Positions 55,701 through 62,197 of a stretch of 64,000 nt of DNA are shown here, piece by piece. The stretch's first letter is position 1. Each line of letters starts with the position of its first letter. The position numbers and the translations under genes are program-made. The DNA lies in contig CAVVVN010000008.1 of assembly GCA_963751705.1 (NCBI GenBank), positions 131,259 through 195,258 on the forward strand, read 5' to 3'. The stretch is from an uncultured Bacteroidales bacterium (GTDB lineage: Bacteria; Bacteroidota; Bacteroidia; Bacteroidales; GCA-2748055). A model generated the notes under the pieces. That model saw only the letters and a program-made list of their open reading frames with translations. It ran no database searches and was not told where the DNA came from.

Positions 55701-56433
55701 ACTGGGGATCGCGAACCGTTCCTTCAGGATCATTCACCAAGGTGCTTATATTACCTGTGCTCATATTGTATTTGCATAAACGCCCCTGCTTCCCATAGTT
55801 TTTGTATGATGGATCCAGGCAGTAGTAGGCGAAATTTGCATACCAATGCCCCCATACGTGGTCCTTGCAATCTTCCCGAACAGCAAACACTATCTCCTCA
55901 AAGTTCAACTGCTTTTTAATCGCATTCAATTTCGCTTTGCGCCTTTTTTCAGTCTCTCTCTTTCGGAGCTCAACGATTCTTGCAGGTTCAGGATCGGGAA
56001 ATGTAATATCCCATATGGAATAACACAGGGCCGGATCTTTATTTATAGATAGGATGCGAAAGAAACGCCCCTGAAATTCCAGGTGGTTTAAGGTGGTTAA
56101 ACCACCTTTCCCATTCTTTTCATGGTATACCGTATTCCAATCTTCACCGTTTCCGGAAGATTGAATACAAAATTCCTTTGCAGAGGTATTCTCCCAGTGA
56201 ATGATAATATTCTCAAACGATACTGATTTGTGAAAGTCATAAAGCAACCAGGCAGTCTGCTCATTTTTTTTACTGACCCACCGGCTGGTTTCATCTCCAT
56301 CAAAGGCGTATTCAGCCAGATAAGTCGTACCTAATTTACCCGAAGAACGACTTATTGTATCCTGAGCCTGCAACACAGGGTTGAACAGAGATAATACCAG
56401 CACAACTGGAAAAGAAATCGATTTGATTTTCAT
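52702..56433 (-). CDS. Giant secreted multidomain protein: discoidin domain + TolB/HzsA-like beta-propeller + three CxxCH haem-c motifs (PSCyt1-like) + C-terminal beta-propeller
   Basis: ATG at 56433 (MKIKSISFPVVLVLSLFNPVLQAQ; the track starts at TTG 56454). Discoidin YAFDGDETSRWVS..AWLLYDF. Propeller DPQLHYDGQKILFSW / IEPIYLPDGGIIFVS / NTPWVLPDGQILYTR. CVGCH 54571-54585, CVKCH 54412-54426 (IQPVLDKHCVKCH..GGILL, PSCyt1-like), and CASCH 54016-54030. The C-terminal repeats run D.QGRVIWE, NPQGEIVKT, DAEGKIIRDF, DTAGNIVWEL and KDKKVVWQV. Confidence 0.8.
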   Translation of the reverse strand: MKIKSISFPVVLVLSLFNPVLQAQDTISRSSGKLGTTYLAEYAFDGDETSRWVSKKNEQTAWLLYDFHKSVSFENIIIHWENTSAKEFCIQSSGNGEDWNTVYHEKNGKGGLTTLNHLEFQGRFFRILSINKDPALCYSIWDITFPDPEPARIVELRKRETEKRRKAKLNAIKKQLNFEEIVFAVREDCKDHVWGHWYANFAYYCLDPSYKNYGKQGRLCKYNMSTGNISTLVNDPEGTVRDPQLHYDGQKILFSWRKAGSEHFHIYEINVDGTGLKQLTFGPYADIEPIYLPDGGIIFVSSRCNRWVNCWQVPVATIYRCDGDGKNIRQLSANIEHDNTPWVLPDGQILYTRWEYIDRSQVHYHHLWTMKPDGTNQMVYYGNLNPGNVFIDAKPIPGSSSIVLSCSPGHGQTDHSGRVATANISNGPDDLNQLKYLSQGSDFRDPYPLSEDLYIAASGNKMFFIDSEGNELPFFSLPPEFGHTNVQEPRPLTGRKREPVIPSRVDLSKGTGTLFVNDVYTGRNMEGIKQGEIKKLLILEALPKPCQFTGSMEPLTWGGSFTLERILGTVPVEADGSAIMELPANRPFFFVALDKDDSSVKRMQSFLSVVPGEVTGCVGCHEKRTTAPVPQKNSRPLAARRKPSIPEPVRDIPDIIDFPRDIQPVLDKHCVKCHRPENYMGGILLTGDHGPIYSHSYYNLKARGEYVMGRNLAVSNYPPRDIGDAASPLMDKLDGSHHDAKLSEKEIKLLRYWINTGATYPGTYAALGTGSIGLNEGHLITDNSDLDLPEVQEMKAVLEKKCASCHQGDTRLATHPSYVHIQAWVVGDKTWKTNFMRDIVYNLSYPEKSLILLAPLSADAGGYGKCKLEKSSTQKAIFTSKNDPEYQLILQGIRAAGSLLDQRKRFDMEGFKPRREYVREMKKYGILPDSFDLAKDPIDFYKTDQRYWESLWYYPPGAEKPHLYENPYPESCLANSPSITQLQSSRSFICSDYGAQKVREFDRQGRVIWEHDARSCTDVTKLPSGNVLFATGKEVIEVTPGHMQVFYYKSEGEVNSCQRLSDGNTLIAESVPLRICEINPQGEIVKTIPLTCKNEDRHWALRHARKTPQGTYLVGHLGDNLAREYDAEGKIIRDFNAPGHVFMGQRLKNGHTLVSWQKGILEYDTAGNIVWELTEKDVPAMKLQFILGINRLDNGNTIVCNWLGWDAKGKGTPLFELNKDKKVVWQVPDSDKIGTITYMQVII

Positions 56434-56450
56434 CTCGCAAATTTGCATTA

Positions 56451-57746
56451 TCAATTTTCCAAAAATCTTCTGTTTACTTTATTGTACCACTCTACGTTTT
56501 TCCAGTTCTCCCAATAAGGGTGGCTGTAATTCCATGGGGTAGATCCCCATAGTTGATAATCAGACGAAAGTTGCATGCTTTCTTCACACCAATCATATAA
56601 CCACTTCCAGGTCAGGTCTTTATGATCCATGTGCCACCAGGGGCCCCAGGCTTCAGTGGTCGTAAGTGGGGCACCAATTTCTTCCGACCACTCTTTTGCC
56701 CAGGCCAATCGGTTGTGCATGTCTTTCATCAGCATTGGGCGCGATGAAAGCATTGTTTTTTCCAGCCTGTCCATATAGTCTTTATGGTCGTGAATGCCCC
56801 GGTCTTTTTTTATCCCGCCAAAACCGGAACGTGAATTAAATCGTTCACTTTGGGAGAGCCAAAAGTGCAGTTCCAGTACATCAAAAGATTTAATATTCAT
56901 TGCCCTGATTTCTTTCCAATAGGAGGTAAATGAGAAGGTAAATCGTAATTCGGGATATTTGTGTTGAAAGTGGGTTAAGGTGCTGTTTAAGTAATTGCGT
57001 ACAAATTCCATTTGCCGGGGATTCCAGGCCAGCCTGTCAAAGTTCGCCTGGACACTTCCTGCCGCTTCCATGGCAGCTAATGCCGAAGCGGATGGTTCCA
57101 TGTTTATTTGACCCAGGTGGTTTAGCTCCTCTGCTACCGGGCTGAAATATGGAAATTCCTGGTCGAAATCAACATAAACAACATGGCTTAAAAGATCTTC
57201 CTTTTTCAATAGGTCCAATACTTTTTCCCAGGCTTTCCATATCTCTTCAGGATGGGTATAATCTTCCTTGAGGTTTGGGAATTCAAGTACACCTCCAAGT
57301 GCCCAGGAAGAAAGTATAACAGAGATGTTTTTCTCCTTGGCTGTTTTCATAAAATCCAATAATTCAGTAATCACGGCATGTTTGCGATCCTTATCAGTGG
57401 CACCCCAATTTTCCAGTGGAGCAGCGGCAATGGTCACTTCCTGATCCTTATGTTCCATTTTCCCAATTACCAATGGAAAAGCATCGATGCGTACCGTGTT
57501 AAACCCGCGCTCGAGGAGTTCGTCAAGAACTTTATTGTAGTCTTCAAAAAAACCACCTTTATAATGTTGATTTAACCAGGAGAAGTCCCACATGGCAATG
57601 GTCAGTCGGGATGGTGTAAGTTCTGAGCGCATGTCGTAATTTCCAGACTTTTCATTTGCTCTGGTTTCAGGCTGTTTGGACGTACAGCTAAACAGGACAA
57701 TTCCGATGAGTAAAAAAACACTCATTACACATGTGTATTTTTTCAT
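56451..57746 (-). CDS. Lipoprotein, cellulase-like (beta/alpha)8 barrel of unassigned family
   Basis: ATG at 57746 (MKKYTCVMSVFLLIGIVLFSCTS; the track starts at TTG 57767). GFNTVRIDAFP, ISVILSSWALGG, candidate acid/base VYVDFDQEFPYF, and candidate nucleophile PLTTTEAWGPWW. Confidence 0.55.
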   Translation of the reverse strand: MKKYTCVMSVFLLIGIVLFSCTSKQPETRANEKSGNYDMRSELTPSRLTIAMWDFSWLNQHYKGGFFEDYNKVLDELLERGFNTVRIDAFPLVIGKMEHKDQEVTIAAAPLENWGATDKDRKHAVITELLDFMKTAKEKNISVILSSWALGGVLEFPNLKEDYTHPEEIWKAWEKVLDLLKKEDLLSHVVYVDFDQEFPYFSPVAEELNHLGQINMEPSASALAAMEAAGSVQANFDRLAWNPRQMEFVRNYLNSTLTHFQHKYPELRFTFSFTSYWKEIRAMNIKSFDVLELHFWLSQSERFNSRSGFGGIKKDRGIHDHKDYMDRLEKTMLSSRPMLMKDMHNRLAWAKEWSEEIGAPLTTTEAWGPWWHMDHKDLTWKWLYDWCEESMQLSSDYQLWGSTPWNYSHPYWENWKNVEWYNKVNRRFLEN

Positions 57747-57810
57747 ATTGTATAAGTTATTTTGCAATTACTGAGCCCTCACCGGTCAGTGGTTTTGATA
57801 GTACCCAAAT

Positions 57811-59235
57811 TTATAATTCAAGTTCCGGATAGTATCCTGAAATTAGTTCCCTGTCTATTTTGTCAAGGTCTTTCAGCCGTACAGGTTTGTCCTGTGGCCG
57901 CAATCCCTTCTGGTTGATCCGGTTCATCAGGCTCCAATCTTTCACCGGGTACTCCGGGCTTGGATCGGCAGGTTCCCGGGCCGAGAGATCGTAACGGGTA
58001 AAATCAATTACTTTCTCCGGGCTGTTTTTATGCCAGTTCCGAAGAAGGGCCAGCCGGAATTCTTTATTCATAAACCAGCGGATCTCTTCATCACCCCATG
58101 AATTACCTATTCCCAATCCTTTTTCTTCAAAACGGTAATTCCATTTTTCATTATCCGGATAATGCTGCCTCCATATCTCCCCATACTCTCCAAACGAGAT
58201 AAACTGAACATCCGGCCAACGTTCTTTGGTTCCACTTACCCATTTTTCGAGAGCCCTTAGAACGAGCTGATCGTGCCAGTTTTTCCGTTCAGGTGCTTTC
58301 ACAAGAGAAGCCTCCCATATATTGGGAATCCAGCCAAACCCATTTAATTCAAAGCCACGGTCGAAATGCAACGATTGGGTATGCATAACCGAAATATGCC
58401 CGATATCCAGTCCCCATTCTATATAGTTTTCTATGGGCCCCACTCCGCGTCGGCTCGAAGCCCCGTTATACAGACTGGAACTGCTGGTAACACCTCCACT
58501 GATCTTTGCGCATAAGAAATCGATGCTCCAACCGTCTAGATTTACACAGTCGATAAAATCCCTGTTATTCTGGGCTGGCTTACAAAAATGTTCTTTTGAA
58601 GGATAGTAAGGATACGACGGAGATCCATCCGCACCACCACCATCAACATCATGCTGGCTCCAGATCACCCCGTGGGCAACATGGACATCCTCTTCCTCCG
58701 AAAGGTAGCGCATATTTTCAGCAGCCAGATATCCTCCCATAATGGATTTTGGCCTGTATCCGTTTCCTACAAAATCAGAAATTATCTGAAGCGCTTCACT
58801 TATTTCTTTATTTACTCGTTGCCGGGGAAGGTACATGGCCGGAAAATATCCCGGCATATAGGATATTTCATCGCCGTATTTTTTCTGGCACTCTACAACA
58901 TATTTCCTGATATCCACATAATTTTTTCTTTTATCTTCCAGTGCATTCAGCGTAAATCCCCAGGTTAAGCGGCCTTCTGGATTATTCTTTGAAAAAGCTT
59001 CACGCATATCACGCACCACTTCCAGAGTGTGTATTTCATATTCCTCCCGCGGATGAAGTTTTACATCTCTGGACACTTCCCATGGGGAAGTCCGAATCAT
59101 TATACATAAGGTTACAAAACGCTTACCTGTTAACTGATCTACTAAGGAATTATTCATTGCACTCAAGACATGAGGAGCTGCCATTGCCCCTACGCCTGAA
59201 AGAGCTGAATCTTTTAAAAAAGTACGTCTATTCAT
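57811..59235 (-). CDS. Tat-exported protein of unknown function
   Basis: 474 aa. Twin-arginine signal MNRRTFLKDSALSGVGAMAAPHVLSA. No family recognised. Confidence 0.6.
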   Translation of the reverse strand: MNRRTFLKDSALSGVGAMAAPHVLSAMNNSLVDQLTGKRFVTLCIMIRTSPWEVSRDVKLHPREEYEIHTLEVVRDMREAFSKNNPEGRLTWGFTLNALEDKRKNYVDIRKYVVECQKKYGDEISYMPGYFPAMYLPRQRVNKEISEALQIISDFVGNGYRPKSIMGGYLAAENMRYLSEEEDVHVAHGVIWSQHDVDGGGADGSPSYPYYPSKEHFCKPAQNNRDFIDCVNLDGWSIDFLCAKISGGVTSSSSLYNGASSRRGVGPIENYIEWGLDIGHISVMHTQSLHFDRGFELNGFGWIPNIWEASLVKAPERKNWHDQLVLRALEKWVSGTKERWPDVQFISFGEYGEIWRQHYPDNEKWNYRFEEKGLGIGNSWGDEEIRWFMNKEFRLALLRNWHKNSPEKVIDFTRYDLSAREPADPSPEYPVKDWSLMNRINQKGLRPQDKPVRLKDLDKIDRELISGYYPELEL

Positions 59236-59254
59236 TATATTCTTAATCGGTCCT

Positions 59255-62185
59255 TTACCAGGTAACTTTTATGAATTTTGTTTCATGGGGAAGTAATGCC
59301 ACGCTGGCAACATCTATCGCTGATTCTCCGAGTACGTCAACCTCCTGCGTTTGAAAAGTGTTGATCCCTTTAACTGCAAAATTTGTTTTTTTGCCATTTA
59401 ACTCACGCATATGAAAGATAACGGCATTTTCACCGGTCAGTGGTTTTGAATTAACCAATAATACATTGTTTGGGAACTCCTCAAATACAGATTCAAAGTC
59501 GGTGTTACGCTCAGTCTTTCCTGCAGGGATGACACGGCCTAACAACGGAATCCTTGCATTCCAGCCAAATTGAGTTGAAAAACTATTGGATACATCGGCG
59601 GAAGAAGTGAAGTAATAGGTCCATTCAAACTCACCACGTTGGTCTACTGCAAAGTTTGTAACCCAGTAATTGTTCATGGGCCAGCCAATCACATATGGTT
59701 TTTCAGGTTTTGCTGAAGCGTCGTAGCGCCCGGTGTTAATCCCCCCAAACTGCATCAATGCGGTTTCGGGACTTCCAATAACCAATTGTGTATCCTCATT
59801 TTTTACCGACACAAAATTCTGTACGGTGTTCCAGTCATTTGATGATCCGGGAATTTGATCTACTCCTGCTTCTACCAGGCCTCCCTGTACATCAAAGTTT
59901 ATTTTCCCTTCGTCAAGCAGGAATGGAAATGCCACATAGATAGCTTCAGGATCGGTCACCGGTTTCTTCACCACATTATAGACAAAATCAATCCTTTTTG
60001 TTGTATTATAAAGCCTGATTCCCAGCTTAAAACCCTCATCGCCATAAGCGGCCATTTCCATTTTCCCGGCAAAGTGCATCTCCTTCCAGATGGGCTGATT
60101 TTCAATTCCTTTGAAAGCAAAATTCGCAAGGCCATATCGCTTGTAGTCCTGCATCCACTTACGATCGGGTTCCCTCCTTTCGACCAGATGGCCTTTGTTT
60201 ATTTCCGCCCTGTTTCCTAATTGTTCGTAAATAATCTCACCTAGTTTCCAGGGTGCATTTTTATCGACAAGTTCTTTGTTTAGTTCTTTGTCGATCAAGC
60301 TTGTAACAACTCCTTTTTTCGTGTCAACCACAATTTTGTACCACTTATTTTCCAGGGAAGAAAGCTCATTTGTATCCATTTTCACTCTCTTTCTGCTGGC
60401 ATCTTCATTGACTTCTATCCGTAACTGCTTACAGCCAAAAGCGGGAACATCATTCACCCAAATCAGCCAGTATGCACTACCTCCGTGAGGTTCGTACACC
60501 TGTGCGGGCATTATGTCCCCGTTCTCATCTATGATCTTAAACTCCTTATTTATTGGAAGTTGCTGCTCGTCTATATAAACCTTCATGCAGGCACTCCGTT
60601 TCCATGCCATGGTGTTAAACACTGCGATACTTGGCACATCAAGTTTAGGAATGTATTCCTGCAACAGGCCCATCGCCTCTTCATTAACAGAGCGAGCCCT
60701 GCGATGAGCTTCCCAGGCATAGGATTCTTTCAGAGCCCTTTGTTCCATAGATCCTTTGCTATAGGGGCGGCTAATACTTGCATGAAATCCAAAGGTATGT
60801 TCGTCGTAAAACAGGATGGCATCATTCACAGCAAAGATCCTTTCGTCAATCTCAGCTGGCATCTTTTCCCCAAGTACTTTAGCCATGCTCAATGCTTCCT
60901 GGGACGCAATAATATCCACATGGGATTCCCTCGATTTACTAACCTCTCTTGCACCGGAGCCAAAACCATCGGTCCACCAATCGGGCCAGGCAGCGCGGTA
61001 AACTTCAAGTTCGCCTGCATGCTTCTCCTCAATCTCCTCAAAAAATTCGCAGGCTGTGGCAGTTTTAAGCTTCGGCCAATCGTATTTGTTGTTCCACTTC
61101 CGGATCATTTCGCTGCCCCTCAACGAGGGAGGTGAGTTATCCGTATGATACCCTGAATACTGAATAGAGGTAATATCAAATGGATAGCCTGTATCATACA
61201 ATTCTGAAAGATAGATCAACATCTTCTTTTCAAAATTTTCAAAATTATCTGTGTGAATTCCGAAGAAATTACCCTGGTGGTAGTGTTCTGCACGGAAAGC
61301 AAGCATTCTGTTCCCTGAGGGAGATTCCCACCAAAAGGCAGTAGGCCTGTCAAAGGGGATCAGGGCTCTATGGCCATGTGTACCCATATTTAAATATTTT
61401 ACCCCCAGTGTACTATAGAAGTCATTGAAACACCAGCCAATGCCGTTGACATCATTTTGCATGGCCACTTTGGCCTGTAAGCCGTGCTTACGGAACATTT
61501 CAAAAGGTTTGAGTGAGGCAGCATAAGCTTGCTCATCAGGCATCTCATCAAAGTTCAGGTACATGGCAGCCAGTTCTATGCGGCCTTCTTTTACTCTTTG
61601 CTTCAGGCGGTCAATTTGTTTTTGAGGCCTTGAGATCAGATATTTTTCCACCGGCCAGGTTACTTCACAGGTCCATCTGAATTTTGCAGCATCTGGATAA
61701 TCATCGGTTTGGTCACAATAGTCAAGCGCATAATCGATCATCCGGAGATGGTCGGCTAACACATCGCTTTGAGGACGGGTATATCCTATATCGGTATGTA
61801 CGTGTTGCACAAAATTCACCCGCCATTTCCGGGAAGGCATAGCAGTTGCTGTTATGGAAGTTGTTTTATCATCAACAAGCAGTTTTAAGCGTGTTACCTC
61901 CCCGCTTTTATTAGCTTTGGCAAAAAAGAACAGGTCGTTATTTCCCTTACGCAGTCTTTGTTTGATTATCACGTGGTTGCCCTGTTTGATAATGGCTTCT
62001 GTGCTGTTTTCCCCCTCATACGCAAGCTTACACAACATGGGTACCTCCGTCTGATTATTCTTTAGCTCGGCTTGTAATACAATCGCTTTGGTCACAGTAG
62101 TTTTATCTGCCGGCATTCCGGAAACAAAACCGGAACAGATAAAAAAGAGCGTAATAATAAATGTGAATTTTGTCATGGTTCTCAT
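59255..62185 (-). CDS. GH38-type alpha-mannosidase, copy B
   Basis: 976 aa (an alternative ATG at 62176 aligns exactly with the copy A start). About 93% amino-acid identity to copy A overall. VNFVQHVHTDIGYT. Confidence 0.8.
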   Translation of the reverse strand: MRTMTKFTFIITLFFICSGFVSGMPADKTTVTKAIVLQAELKNNQTEVPMLCKLAYEGENSTEAIIKQGNHVIIKQRLRKGNNDLFFFAKANKSGEVTRLKLLVDDKTTSITATAMPSRKWRVNFVQHVHTDIGYTRPQSDVLADHLRMIDYALDYCDQTDDYPDAAKFRWTCEVTWPVEKYLISRPQKQIDRLKQRVKEGRIELAAMYLNFDEMPDEQAYAASLKPFEMFRKHGLQAKVAMQNDVNGIGWCFNDFYSTLGVKYLNMGTHGHRALIPFDRPTAFWWESPSGNRMLAFRAEHYHQGNFFGIHTDNFENFEKKMLIYLSELYDTGYPFDITSIQYSGYHTDNSPPSLRGSEMIRKWNNKYDWPKLKTATACEFFEEIEEKHAGELEVYRAAWPDWWTDGFGSGAREVSKSRESHVDIIASQEALSMAKVLGEKMPAEIDERIFAVNDAILFYDEHTFGFHASISRPYSKGSMEQRALKESYAWEAHRRARSVNEEAMGLLQEYIPKLDVPSIAVFNTMAWKRSACMKVYIDEQQLPINKEFKIIDENGDIMPAQVYEPHGGSAYWLIWVNDVPAFGCKQLRIEVNEDASRKRVKMDTNELSSLENKWYKIVVDTKKGVVTSLIDKELNKELVDKNAPWKLGEIIYEQLGNRAEINKGHLVERREPDRKWMQDYKRYGLANFAFKGIENQPIWKEMHFAGKMEMAAYGDEGFKLGIRLYNTTKRIDFVYNVVKKPVTDPEAIYVAFPFLLDEGKINFDVQGGLVEAGVDQIPGSSNDWNTVQNFVSVKNEDTQLVIGSPETALMQFGGINTGRYDASAKPEKPYVIGWPMNNYWVTNFAVDQRGEFEWTYYFTSSADVSNSFSTQFGWNARIPLLGRVIPAGKTERNTDFESVFEEFPNNVLLVNSKPLTGENAVIFHMRELNGKKTNFAVKGINTFQTQEVDVLGESAIDVASVALLPHETKFIKVTW
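60006..60958 (-). repeat. Near-identical core of the GH38 duplication (copy B side)
   Basis: Counterpart of 40531-41483 at offset +19,475. The antisense track ORFs 40801-41013 and 60276-60488 translate identically. Confidence 0.85.
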
Positions 62186-62197
62186 TTTTCACGATAG

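Noticed and set aside
52678-57767. N-terminal extensions of track ORFs that begin at TTG or GTG. Examples: 52705, 56454, 57767, 14426, 32738, 6676, 3511 and 805.
   Set aside because: In each case an ATG a few codons downstream starts a canonical signal peptide or lipobox or a conserved N-terminus, and removes overlaps with the upstream gene. I used the ATG starts.
39780-62185. The possibility that the two GH38 copies are an assembly duplication artefact.
   Set aside because: Each copy has unique flanking genes. The copies are ~75% identical over parts of their length and differ at scattered positions even in the conserved core. Only the 437-bp perfect tract would need read-level confirmation.
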